A stretch of DNA of 64,000 bases from a virus, in IMG/VR virus record IMGVR_UViG_3300028590_000013, positions 8,233 to 72,232 of that record. One strand, written 5' to 3'. The notes under the pieces were generated by a model, which was not told the origin of the DNA, made no database searches, and worked only from the letters and a program-made list of their open reading frames with translations. Below, in pieces: positions 44,589-53,785 of the stretch (positions within the stretch are counted from its first letter, which is position 1; each line of letters begins with the position of its first letter). The translations under genes were made by a program, and so were the position numbers.

Positions 44589-44646
44589 TTTGTCGAGTCC
44601 TTGAATCTGTTGAAGGATGGTTAACCGGTCTGACGTTGGCCTTGGC

Positions 44647-45249
44647 TTACGCCAGCGGTGCCGCCACCTGGATTTCGGTCACGCCGCCTGCATCGGTCGG
44701 GCCGTTCCACTTCGCGTTGGTGATCGCGATGGTGTTGGCACCGTTCGCCACGCTCTCGAAGCCGCCCTGGACGTGAGCGCCGCTGGAGGCCGTCACCCAC
44801 ACGAACACGGCGCCGCCCTTGGTGGGCTGCTGAGTCGCGAAGTTGTTGCAGCGCGCCATGATGAAGCCCTCGTTGAGGACGTCGATCACCTGGTTGCCCA
44901 GGGGACCAGGAGCCGCGCCGAGAGGCGAGGCCATGCCGCCCGTTTGCTGCTGGGTGGGGTAGGGGCGCACGAGGATGCCGTCGATCTTCGTGACCGCGGT
45001 ATCGCTGGCCAGCACAGCACGGTAGCTGTTCGTGGCCGTGTCGATCAGCACGGGGTCGCCGTAGAGGCGCGGCGGGTTCGTGGGGTTGCTCAGGCCCGGC
45101 AGCACCGAGAAAGGATGCGTGCGGTTCGGGTCACCGGGGAAGCCTGCGGGCATGCGCAGGTTGTAGGCAACGTCGCGGGTCTTGGCGCGCACGCCCGAAG
45201 AAGCGAGAGCCAGAGCAGCAACGGCGTAGGCGATGAGAGACTTTTTCAT
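44647..45249 (-). CDS. Capsid decoration / cement protein
   Basis: RMPAGFPGD..R, GILVRPYP, KGG.V.V, D..G.TEI; directly upstream of MCP. Confidence 0.75.
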   Translation of the reverse strand: MKKSLIAYAVAALALASSGVRAKTRDVAYNLRMPAGFPGDPNRTHPFSVLPGLSNPTNPPRLYGDPVLIDTATNSYRAVLASDTAVTKIDGILVRPYPTQQQTGGMASPLGAAPGPLGNQVIDVLNEGFIMARCNNFATQQPTKGGAVFVWVTASSGAHVQGGFESVANGANTIAITNAKWNGPTDAGGVTEIQVAAPLA

Positions 45250-45310
45250 TTCGTAGTCCTGTTCAGGAAGTTGAAGATTGGGATGCTGGGTTGTGGTCGG
45301 GCTTTTCGTC

Positions 45311-46726
45311 TTATTGGCCCTTCCAGAAGTCATCAGCAGCCTTGTTGAAGTCGGCCGGGCTGGGGAGCTTCGGCGCGCCGACGTCGAGGATGCCCGTGGG
45401 GGCGCCCATCGTCTTGCTGTCGCGGGTTGCCGTGGCGTTGTTGGCCGCAGCCTTCATGCCAGCCGCAGCCGTGAAGAGCGTGGCGCAGCCCGCGCAGTCC
45501 ATGCTCAGCAGATCCACGGCGTTGCCACCGTTGGCAGCGAGCAGCATGACCGCGCCTTCGGGAGTGGCGCCGAAGGCATCGAGCACCTTGCGGCGCACGT
45601 TGCACATGCGGTCCACGGTGGCGGCGCGCGTGATGGCAGCGTCGAAGGTCGGCACCTTGAAGCCAGGCTGCAGGATCTCGGCCTGGCTGGCGAGTGCCGT
45701 GTAGCTCGTGGCGAGTGCCGCGCTGTCGCCGGTGGAGGCCTTGGCTTTCTTGCGCTTGCCGCCCTTGCCGTCGTCTTCCATCTCGTCGTCGTCCTCTTCG
45801 GTCGCCGCGTCGATGGTCTTGCCGGCCTTGAGCAGGGCCTTGATCTCTTCGATGCCGCCTTCGAGCTTCACGAAGCGCTCCTCGGTGGCAGCGGCGTCCA
45901 GGGTCTTGGCGTTGCCTTCGTTGGCGGGGCCGCCGTAGTTGTGCACGTGGACATGCGTGGCCAGGCCGCCGTCTTCTTCGCCCTCACCTTCGAGGGCTTC
46001 GAGTTCGGCCTGGGCATCACGCACCTTCTGGCGCGCGGCTTCTTTGCTGGCTTCGTCGACGAGTTGAACGCGCGCATTGCGCAGGGGAGTACGGGATGCC
46101 ATGGGAGTTTCCTTTAGTGGCGTGGGTGGAACAAAGAAAGCGTTGTCGCCGATTGCGCAGCGAGGACCACAGCGGCCTTTTTCGACCAGTGCGATGTGGT
46201 TGCCGATGATGTTGGATTGACGGCCGAAGCCATCACCGAGATCGATGTAGTCGGCGTCGTAGCCGGCGCTAACTTCGATCTTGCCCTTGTCGATGGCCTC
46301 GATAAGAGCCTTGTTGGTCACGACGAGATCCGCGAGGAGCACGTCCTGATCGTCGCCCGAGCCCTGACGTACGTTGATGGCGAAGCCACCGGCGATGCCA
46401 TTCCAGTTGAGCGGCGTCACGTCGTCGGGCGGATGGTCGTTCGTCAGCGCTGCTGCGTTGAAGCTCGACATCGTCAGGGGGTTGAAGAGGTCTTCGGTCT
46501 TGCGCTCGATGTAGACGATGCCATTGGCACCGGGCTTCACCGGCACTTCACCGGGGCCATAGAGGAGCCAACCACTCCGGGCAATGGGGACGGCCGTGCA
46601 CAGCAGATTGCCGTTGGGCAAGAGCTGGCGGTTGGGGCCGATCTGGTGGACGGTGTGCACCGCCATCACTTTCTCTTGTGTTGGCGGCCCACGGTCGAGG
46701 GTCGCACGTCGAATAGGGGTCTTCAC
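45311..46726 (-). CDS. Prohead protease (DUF2213-like) fused to scaffold region
   Basis: AGGAGG RBS; VPIARSG, TNDHP, EVSAGYDADY, GNHIALVEKGRCG.RCAIGD. Confidence 0.9.
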   Translation of the reverse strand: MKTPIRRATLDRGPPTQEKVMAVHTVHQIGPNRQLLPNGNLLCTAVPIARSGWLLYGPGEVPVKPGANGIVYIERKTEDLFNPLTMSSFNAAALTNDHPPDDVTPLNWNGIAGGFAINVRQGSGDDQDVLLADLVVTNKALIEAIDKGKIEVSAGYDADYIDLGDGFGRQSNIIGNHIALVEKGRCGPRCAIGDNAFFVPPTPLKETPMASRTPLRNARVQLVDEASKEAARQKVRDAQAELEALEGEGEEDGGLATHVHVHNYGGPANEGNAKTLDAAATEERFVKLEGGIEEIKALLKAGKTIDAATEEDDDEMEDDGKGGKRKKAKASTGDSAALATSYTALASQAEILQPGFKVPTFDAAITRAATVDRMCNVRRKVLDAFGATPEGAVMLLAANGGNAVDLLSMDCAGCATLFTAAAGMKAAANNATATRDSKTMGAPTGILDVGAPKLPSPADFNKAADDFWKGQ

Positions 46727-46739
46727 TGGATCCTCCTGT

Positions 46740-47159
46740 TTAAGTTGCGATGGTCCCGGACGTGCGGAGGGCCGCAAGCAGGGCGTTGAGTTGCGTGACG
46801 GCGCTTGCCTCGTCCGTGGCATCGACGACAGCTACGCCTTGGAGCACGAGGCCCCGCGTGGCGGCGCCGGCATTGGGCGGCGCGTAGTCACCAGCCTTGG
46901 CCGTGACGCTGGTCGTGCCAATGGCAAGGCTGCTCGTGCCCGCACCGATGGCCGTGCGTGCTGCCGCCTGCGTGGCGCCAGCTGCGATGACGGCCGGCTT
47001 GCCCGTGATGTCATCCCAGGCTACGGCACCAGCGGAAGGCGTGTAGGCGCTGCCGTCGGGCAAGAGGATAGTGGTGTTGTCCTCGCTCACGCGAAGCACG
47101 CCGAGGGCCAGCAGATCGCGCAGGATGGGTGACGTCTGCGCGCGTGGAGTGGTTGCCAT
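46740..47159 (-). CDS. Head fibre-like protein
   Basis: WDDITGKP, AARTAIGAGTS, TQLNALLAALRTSG C-terminus. Confidence 0.65.
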   Translation of the reverse strand: MATTPRAQTSPILRDLLALGVLRVSEDNTTILLPDGSAYTPSAGAVAWDDITGKPAVIAAGATQAAARTAIGAGTSSLAIGTTSVTAKAGDYAPPNAGAATRGLVLQGVAVVDATDEASAVTQLNALLAALRTSGTIAT

Positions 47160-47171
47160 TGCTTGTCCTTT

Positions 47172-47921
47172 CTAGAGTTCGGGGAAGATGGGCTCCGCAT
47201 AGCAGCGGCAGTTAGGGCCGCAGCCTGCGTGGTAGGGGTCGAGGTTCTTGTCCGTCTTTGGCGGCGAGTCCCAGCGAATGAACTTGCCGTTCTGTGCCTT
47301 GTGGGTTTCGCGCACGTCGCTATCCTCACTCGTGCGCCAGATGTAGCCCTCGCTGCCGACTTGCATGGCGCGGGCCTGATGGAAGTTCGCCGACGTGCGG
47401 GCCACCTCCGTGCGAGCGATGAGGCGGGCACGGCTCTTTGTCACGCCCGTGCTTGCCTGGATCTCGCGGCTGATGCTCTCGGCCCGGCGCCCCGTGGAGA
47501 GGGCCTCTGTGGTGAGCTGGTGCACGCGCTCGCCCGCCTTCGTGGGGATGCTCTTAATCAGCTCCACGTTCTCGGCCATCATCTCGCGGTACACCACGCC
47601 TTGGGGACTGGTGGCAAGCTCACGGCGGATCTCGCGGCCCATCTCCTTCCCCACGCGCTTCCAGATCACTTCGTTGCGCCGGTTGACGTCAGCCACCATC
47701 GAGTTAGCCACGCTGGTGGCCCAGGGCGTGATGAGGGCGCTGTAGCGGTTGAGCATGTCGAGGAGGGCACCCATGTCGGAGACCACGCCATTGGGGGCCA
47801 TGGCGTCAATCATGGCCCCCACCTGCCGCGCTACCGTGAGGAGCCTACTCTGATACGAGCGCTCGACGCCGCTGGCCACCTCCCACTGACTTCGCTTTCC
47901 CGTTCTGTCCAGTCGTGCCAT
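47172..47921 (-). CDS. Minor head morphogenesis protein (SPP1 gp7 / Mu F-like)
   Basis: RARLIARTEV, YIWRTSED..VR.TH, HAG..PNCRC. Confidence 0.92.
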   Translation of the reverse strand: MARLDRTGKRSQWEVASGVERSYQSRLLTVARQVGAMIDAMAPNGVVSDMGALLDMLNRYSALITPWATSVANSMVADVNRRNEVIWKRVGKEMGREIRRELATSPQGVVYREMMAENVELIKSIPTKAGERVHQLTTEALSTGRRAESISREIQASTGVTKSRARLIARTEVARTSANFHQARAMQVGSEGYIWRTSEDSDVRETHKAQNGKFIRWDSPPKTDKNLDPYHAGCGPNCRCYAEPIFPEL

Positions 47922-49458
47922 CGTCGTCCCCCGGTAGTGAATTGTCCTCCTCGCCTGTGGCCCCCTTGGCCTTGGCAGTGGCCTCGGTGATCATGAGCTG
48001 CTGGTCGAGTTCGCTGATGGGAGGCTGCACCTCGTCATCGGCTGCCTCAATGGCCTCGCTCGTGATCTTGCCGAAGATGCCGGTCGTGCGGCTGCTCTGG
48101 CGAAGTTCCTGCATGCCGGTCTGCTGAGTGACAAGGCCTGCGTCGAGGGCCTTCGTGACGGCCTCTGCGACCTTGCCTGCCACCTCGGCCTTCTTCTCGT
48201 CGTTGAGCTGCTGAAGGCTTGCGAAGTCCAGGGCGAAGGTGGGCGGCAGCACAATCGACTTGCTGGCTGCCGTGAGCTTGTAGGTCATCAGCACGCCCTG
48301 GGTCATCTCCTTGCGCTGCTTCTGCTGGATGCTGTCGTGGTACGTGCGCATGCCGCTCTCGTCGTCCGTGCTCAAGCCACCGGGGGCCTGGCCGAAGAGG
48401 CGAGTCATGGGGATCTGCAGGGCACCACTGACTTGCATGGCGAGCTGCGTGATGACAGAGTCCACGCCCGAGAAGGCACTGGTGGCCTGCACCTCGAACT
48501 CGTCTTCGCCATCGATCAGAGTCATGCCCTCGATGCCCTGGAAGCGCCGCATCATCTCCGTGTAGGCAAGGAGGCCATTCAGCACCTGCCCACCTGCGGC
48601 CACGATCTCCCGCAGGTTCGGGATCTTCAGCGTGCGCAGGTGCGCCTTGAAGACCAGCTGCGCGGCTCCCGTGCTCGCCGAGTCAAAGGCGATGAGCCGG
48701 TCGTAGAGGCGCTCGAGTACCGAGATGCCCCAGAGGTTTTCTGTCATGGCCTGCTGATAGGGCAGCTTGATACCGACGTGGCGCAGCACCACCCGGCTGT
48801 GGTGGATGACTTGCCCGCGCAGGGCAGGGGCGTTGCTCTGCACCTTGTAGTACTTCGGCAGCCCCATGTGGGGGCCGTAGTCCGTGACGAGATCCTCCAG
48901 GCTGGGCTCCACCATCCAGCGGTCGAGGACGGTGAGGCCCTTGAACTGGTCGGGGCCCACGCTCTCCAGGCGCAGTGGCGTCTTGGGGTCCTGGCCATCG
49001 ATCAGCGCTACGACGATGGAGCCCCCGTAGAGGCGCCCCCATTGGATGCCCTCGTTCAGGCTGTCCCACACGCCGAGATTGGTGATCTCGTGTTCGAGAT
49101 CCTCTTGGTCGCTGGCGTCCATCTCCGTCATGAAGTCCACGCCAGCGCGGGTCATGTCGTCGGCAATGATGTCGATAGCCACGCCGCCCAACCAGGAGCC
49201 GCGGTGAATCCACTCGAGTAGCTGGCGGTTGCGCGTGATGGGGTTGAAGCCATAGCTGCCAGACGTCAGGGCGTTGTCGGCTCCCACGCCGAGCTTGTGG
49301 GCGAAGTTCACGAAGCTGTCGAACGTAGCGCTCCCCACGAGCTTCTTGCCGTGCTCCGGCGTCTTGTAGCCACCGGCGATGGTAAGGGCCTTGCGGGCAC
49401 TTACGTCTTCGCGCTTGGCATCGCGCACGGCTGCGCGGACTGATAGCTTTGCAGCCAT
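47845..49458 (-). CDS. Portal protein (DUF1073-like)
   Basis: SWL...AID..ADDMTRAG, WGRLYGG, IHHSRV, WG.SVLE, IPMTRLFGQAP.GL. Confidence 0.92.
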   Translation of the reverse strand: MAAKLSVRAAVRDAKREDVSARKALTIAGGYKTPEHGKKLVGSATFDSFVNFAHKLGVGADNALTSGSYGFNPITRNRQLLEWIHRGSWLGGVAIDIIADDMTRAGVDFMTEMDASDQEDLEHEITNLGVWDSLNEGIQWGRLYGGSIVVALIDGQDPKTPLRLESVGPDQFKGLTVLDRWMVEPSLEDLVTDYGPHMGLPKYYKVQSNAPALRGQVIHHSRVVLRHVGIKLPYQQAMTENLWGISVLERLYDRLIAFDSASTGAAQLVFKAHLRTLKIPNLREIVAAGGQVLNGLLAYTEMMRRFQGIEGMTLIDGEDEFEVQATSAFSGVDSVITQLAMQVSGALQIPMTRLFGQAPGGLSTDDESGMRTYHDSIQQKQRKEMTQGVLMTYKLTAASKSIVLPPTFALDFASLQQLNDEKKAEVAGKVAEAVTKALDAGLVTQQTGMQELRQSSRTTGIFGKITSEAIEAADDEVQPPISELDQQLMITEATAKAKGATGEEDNSLPGDDDGTTGQNGKAKSVGGGQRRRALVSE

Positions 49459-49468
49459 GGGCACTCCT

Positions 49469-50029
49469 TCATGTTTCTAGGTCGCTTTGCGAGAGGATCG
49501 GACTTCTCGTTTCTGCGGCGAGGGTGATGGGCTCATCGTAGACGGGGATGAGATCCTCCGATGTCGGTCCCATGAAGCCCATGTCGTAGGCCAGCGTGAT
49601 GTGAGGGCGGTAGCTCGGGTAGTCCCAGCTCGCCCCTGCCTTCACGTAGTCGGCATGCCGGGCGTGCAGCTGTGGGCAGTCCAGGCACAGTACGATGGCC
49701 TCGCCAAAGCGCTCGATGCTTCGACCGCCTGGGTGAACGATCATGCCTCCGCTCATCTTGGGCACGCTGCTTGCCTTGATGGGCTTGCGCGTGTAGGCCA
49801 CCGTCACGTGCGGATCCATGACGAGGGGGATGCCCCAGGTGGCCGCCCATCCAGCCAGGGCATCTGCGCTCACCTGGGAAAGAGGGTAGGCCGCATAGAG
49901 GGGCGTGGCCTCTTCCTTCGTGCCGTGCACATAGGGTTCGAGCTGGGCGGCGAGCATGTCGCGCGTCAGCCCTCGCTTCGTTGTCCTGCCCTGCATGAGC
50001 TGATGCAAGTGGACGTAGGCGCGGCTCAC
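49469..50029 (-). CDS. 2H phosphodiesterase, Acb1 (T4 gp57B)-like anti-CBASS nuclease
   Basis: Two HxT motifs: PHVTVAYTR and GASWDYPSYRPHITLAYD. Confidence 0.78.
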   Translation of the reverse strand: MSRAYVHLHQLMQGRTTKRGLTRDMLAAQLEPYVHGTKEEATPLYAAYPLSQVSADALAGWAATWGIPLVMDPHVTVAYTRKPIKASSVPKMSGGMIVHPGGRSIERFGEAIVLCLDCPQLHARHADYVKAGASWDYPSYRPHITLAYDMGFMGPTSEDLIPVYDEPITLAAETRSPILSQSDLET

Positions 50030-50370
50030 AGCTTGCCTCGCAGGTAGTCGAGGGCCTCCGCCTTGTAGGCCGCCACGCTGGGGTGCGCGCGGTTCGTGGC
50101 AATGGCTTCGATCTTCTCGATGCCTGCCGCCACGGCCTCGGGGTGCCGGCTGTAGAGGGCGGCGGCGAGATGCTCGCGGATGGCCGTGACCACCTGGGGG
50201 CTGTTCCCGCTCACCGCCTTGGGAGCCGTAGGAGCCGTGCGACGGTGCTCCGTGGGGGGATGGGGCTGCGCCTGGCTTTCAGGGGCTTGCTGCTCGATCT
50301 GGGCGTCTTCCTGCGGCTCTTCTGCGGCGAGAGCTTGGGAAGTCTTAGCCTTCTGCTTGTTCGTTGCCAT
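50026..50370 (-). CDS. Hypothetical protein
   Basis: AAGGAG RBS before ATG 50370. Confidence 0.75.
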   Translation of the reverse strand: MATNKQKAKTSQALAAEEPQEDAQIEQQAPESQAQPHPPTEHRRTAPTAPKAVSGNSPQVVTAIREHLAAALYSRHPEAVAAGIEKIEAIATNRAHPSVAAYKAEALDYLRGKL

Positions 50371-50689
50371 TTCGGGCTCCTTTCTTGATGAGGTAGGGGC
50401 GGATGCTCCAGAGATCGCCCACGCGTTCGTAGAAAACGAGGCACCCGATGCGGGCCTGCTGCACGGCACCAACGCGCATGTAGCGCAGCAGGCCGAGGTT
50501 CAGCAGGGCATGGCCCTCGTAGGCCACGTAGACTGTTTTGCCGAAGAGCTTGCAGTTGCTGCGCGTTCCCGCACGTGCCCAGCGCAGTCCAGGCATGGTG
50601 AAGCGCGCGAGGTCCGGGCCCGGGTTCTCCCAGTGGAACAGCAGGAAGCTCCAGCGCCAGGCAAGCAGCCTGCGAATCGATGCCATCAT
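50345..50689 (-). CDS. Hypothetical protein
   Basis: AAGGAG RBS after terminase stop. Confidence 0.6.
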   Translation of the reverse strand: MMASIRRLLAWRWSFLLFHWENPGPDLARFTMPGLRWARAGTRSNCKLFGKTVYVAYEGHALLNLGLLRYMRVGAVQQARIGCLVFYERVGDLWSIRPYLIKKGARNGNEQAEG

Positions 50690-50699
50690 GTTCTCTCCT

Positions 50700-52193
50700 T
50701 CAGGTTGTCGTTAAGCCGCGCTGTGGCAGGCCCGCATTGGCTTGGCCCAGGCGCTCCCACATGCCCATGGCCCCCTGGCGTTGGATGTAGCCATCTAGGC
50801 CGTAGCGCACGCCATCCCAAGTGTGGTCATGCTTCTGCACGAGGATAGGCAGCACGAGGGGTTGTCCCTTCTCGTCGACCTGCTTGGGGTCCACCTTCCA
50901 GCGCCACAGGAAGGCCTCGCGGGCATGCTGCACGCAGCGCGTGTGGATCACTATCTTGTTGAAGCTACGCAAGGTCTGGATGCCGTCCTTGACGCTGCCC
51001 TCCCACTTCTCGGCTGCGCTCATGGCATAGCCCTTGCGCCGGATTGCGCTAATGGTCTCGGGGCGAGCGCCGTCAGCCTTGATGTGCCAGTCCTTGCTAT
51101 CGGGCACGCTGCCATAGAACTCGTCGTACTCGTCGGTCTCTACGTGCGAGCCATAGGCCTCGTGGCTGATGTAGAGGTCGTCTCCACGTGCCCCCGCCTC
51201 CCTAACGTTGGCGGGGAGGATGAACATGCGGCTGAGCGTCGAGGGATCCTGACTGTAGCCGAAGTCGGCGCCGAAGAGCAGCCGCGGTGCTTGCTTCCAC
51301 AGCTCGTCGTCGAACTCCATGGTGACGTACTTCTGGTTGAGCACGATAGCCGAGGAGATCTTCTTGGGCATGCCAAGCCAGATGTGCTCGTAGAGGTGGA
51401 AGTCGGCTTCCCGATCTGCTTCCATTTCCTCCCGCAAGACCGACGTGAAGAAGGGATTGCGGTCGTAGTTGACCTTGTGCACGATGCTATTGGGCCGCTT
51501 GGGCTCACAGAGCGTCTCGCGCGGATCCGTGGGCGGCGCCTTCACGAAGCGTTGGTATGTGGCGTCGTTCTCGTCGATCAAGTTGAAGCTCACCCAGACC
51601 TCGGAGCCCTCCTTACGCATGGTGGGGGTCAGGCTCTGCCAGCTATTGGCCGTCACGGTCTGGGCTTCCTCCACCCACACGATGTCCACGCCTTCCATGG
51701 AACGTATGCCATTCTCGGCGCCATGTAGGCCCTTGAAGATGAACTCCGAGCCGATGCGCGAGTGGATGCTGTTCGCCGTGACAACGAACCAGCTATCCAT
51801 GCCCAGGCGAGTGATCGTGTCCTTGAGCAGCTTATGTGAGCTGTCCTTGATGCTGATCTGGAACTCGCGAGTGCACAGAATACGTAGCGGGATCTGGCTG
51901 GCTAGCCGGACGAGGGCCTCAGCGAATGCCCAGGACTTAGCGGAGCCACGTCCACCCCAGTAGACTTTGTTGCGTGCCTTCTTGTAGTAGAGGTCGCTTA
52001 GCGGGTGGTTCTTGTCGAGGACAAGGCTCGGGCTGTTCTTGAACTCGGGGCGCAAGTCCCCGTGGTCGCTAATCCTCTCTGTGGCGGCGAGGCGACTCGC
52101 TTTGATCTTCTCCCTCCTCGCCTTCTCCGTGAGCGCCAAGATCAAAGCCTGCTTCGGCGGCAGCGCGCGCAATGATTGCGTCAAGTTCGTCAT
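50700..52193 (-). CDS. Terminase large subunit (PBSX-like)
   Basis: GGRGSAKS, REFQISIKDS, WVEEA, GADFGYSQDP, ADGARPETI, HDHTWDGVRY. Confidence 0.95.
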   Translation of the reverse strand: MTNLTQSLRALPPKQALILALTEKARREKIKASRLAATERISDHGDLRPEFKNSPSLVLDKNHPLSDLYYKKARNKVYWGGRGSAKSWAFAEALVRLASQIPLRILCTREFQISIKDSSHKLLKDTITRLGMDSWFVVTANSIHSRIGSEFIFKGLHGAENGIRSMEGVDIVWVEEAQTVTANSWQSLTPTMRKEGSEVWVSFNLIDENDATYQRFVKAPPTDPRETLCEPKRPNSIVHKVNYDRNPFFTSVLREEMEADREADFHLYEHIWLGMPKKISSAIVLNQKYVTMEFDDELWKQAPRLLFGADFGYSQDPSTLSRMFILPANVREAGARGDDLYISHEAYGSHVETDEYDEFYGSVPDSKDWHIKADGARPETISAIRRKGYAMSAAEKWEGSVKDGIQTLRSFNKIVIHTRCVQHAREAFLWRWKVDPKQVDEKGQPLVLPILVQKHDHTWDGVRYGLDGYIQRQGAMGMWERLGQANAGLPQRGLTTT

Positions 52194-52479
52194 CGGGCAC
52201 TCCACTAATCACTTCAACAGTACTGATCTTTGGCGCGTAGTAGGGCGCTGCCGCCTTCATGGCATCCACGCGGGTCTGGAAGTCGTAGGGCTCTGGCTCT
52301 TCGATGACAAGGCCACGCTTCACCACGACTCTATGCATGGGCTCTCCACGTGCTACCTGGAGAAGCAGCTCGTGTGGCAGCAAGCCCTGCAGCTTGGCTT
52401 GCTCGATAGCCTGGGCTGCCAGCTTGTTCATGCTGCCTACAGGCCTGCCACCCTTGTTCTTTGGCTTTGGTGTTTCCAC
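52069..52479 (-). CDS. Terminase small subunit (putative)
   Basis: GGAG RBS; GGRPVGS.NK and R.DA.KAAAPYY.PK motifs; upstream of and overlapping TerL. Confidence 0.75.
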   Translation of the reverse strand: METPKPKNKGGRPVGSMNKLAAQAIEQAKLQGLLPHELLLQVARGEPMHRVVVKRGLVIEEPEPYDFQTRVDAMKAAAPYYAPKISTVEVISGVPDDELDAIIARAAAEAGFDLGAHGEGEEGEDQSESPRRHRED

Positions 52480-52499
52480 GGTATTTATCTCCTATGCCC

Positions 52500-53150
52500 A
52501 CGTTGAGGCGCTGACGCACGAAAGCCTACGTAAGGCTCGTTAGGTCTTACGTAGGCTATGTGAATAGTGGGGGCCACCAGAGGCTGCTTCGCCTGTCATG
52601 CCCAAGAGGGTGAGTGCACCCGTGCAAGAGAAAGCCTCATGGCTCCCGCTGATGCATATCCTCTGGTGGCTTATCTGGGAAGGGCCTCTCAGCCCCTCTG
52701 TCTCGTTGCCTGCCTAGGTTCCCATGGCTGTCGCCAAATTCCAGGGCTTACGGCATTCGCGAACGCAGGGTCTAGCGTGGTGCCGCGCATATGTCAGCTG
52801 GGGCATTCAAGGAGCCGAGCTGCTCCTCTGTTAGTGCTGGTTACGTTATCCAGCTCGTGAGGCATCGACGTATGACGTTCATCTGCACATGCTCTTGTGC
52901 TTATCCCTTGCTTACGCGAAGAGAAGGCCAGGCGCTTCTTAGCTATAGGCCATCGCGGCTCATTGCCCACATAGGGGCCTATCGCCCACAGAGCTTGTGG
53001 GCACACGTGGGCAAGGGTTGGTTGCCTTGCGCCTCTCGTGAATGGTGGGAAGGCCATGCGGCTAAGTCATGGCTCAAGCTGGAGTAGCGCGCTGACAGAT
53101 CCATCGCCGGAGGATGGGTGCCCCGCTTCGCCTCACTTGCCTCTAAGGCC
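52500..53150 (-). ncRNA. Candidate structured non-coding region upstream of terS
   Basis: No ORF with phage codon bias; 12-bp stem 52523-52557, 11-bp stem 52573-52583/52660-52670, further hairpins. Confidence 0.4.
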
Positions 53151-53153
53151 TGG

Positions 53154-53369
53154 CTACAGGCTTCTTCCCTTATTCGTTGGCTGCATTTCACGTGCACTGA
53201 TGATCAGCACTCCAGGCTTCTCCCGCTCCAGCACGTAGCCACTCACCAGATAGTGCTTCACCGTTCTTCCAATGCTCACTCTCATGTGGGGATCATCCAC
53301 GATCTGCTGCGTGAGTTCGAGGAGATAGGCTGGTGTGCCCTGGATGACCAGCTTGGATTCTTCAGGCAT
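53154..53369 (-). CDS. Hypothetical protein
   Basis: GGAGG RBS before ATG 53369. Confidence 0.65.
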   Translation of the reverse strand: MPEESKLVIQGTPAYLLELTQQIVDDPHMRVSIGRTVKHYLVSGYVLEREKPGVLIISAREMQPTNKGRSL

Positions 53370-53724
53370 GGCAGCCTCCCATGAGCCAATCAATCTGTCG
53401 TGGCTCGTAGCCCATGTCGACGAGAGCCAACACAGTGCGCGCCACGTTCTCCGCCATCCTGCCACGTGCAAGGCGTTCATTCCGCAGAGCACGCAGATCC
53501 ACGTCGTTGTAGAGGATCTCTTCAGCCGTGAAAGCGCGCTGCAGATGGCAGCCCACAGAGATCTCCTTGGGCAGTGACGTGATCTCCATTTCTGGGAGCA
53601 CGTCGAGCTTCAGATCAACGACAAGAGATCCGTGTGGGCCATTGCGAATGGGGCCCACGACAACGCAGCCCACCTTTTCGCCGCGCTCATTGCGAAGATC
53701 CACGCCATCGATGTGTAAGCTCAT
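53362..53724 (-). CDS. Hypothetical protein
   Basis: AGGAG RBS before MSLHID. Confidence 0.7.
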   Translation of the reverse strand: MSLHIDGVDLRNERGEKVGCVVVGPIRNGPHGSLVVDLKLDVLPEMEITSLPKEISVGCHLQRAFTAEEILYNDVDLRALRNERLARGRMAENVARTVLALVDMGYEPRQIDWLMGGCHA

Positions 53725-53785
53725 TTCTTTCTCCTGGGAGGGCATCCGACTAGTAGCCCGGGTGGGGCTACTAAGCTGAGGCTCT

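Noticed and set aside
52069-52193. 125-nt terS/terL overlap as a frameshift fusion
   Set aside because: terL has its own GGAG RBS and such overlaps are common; no slippery site seen
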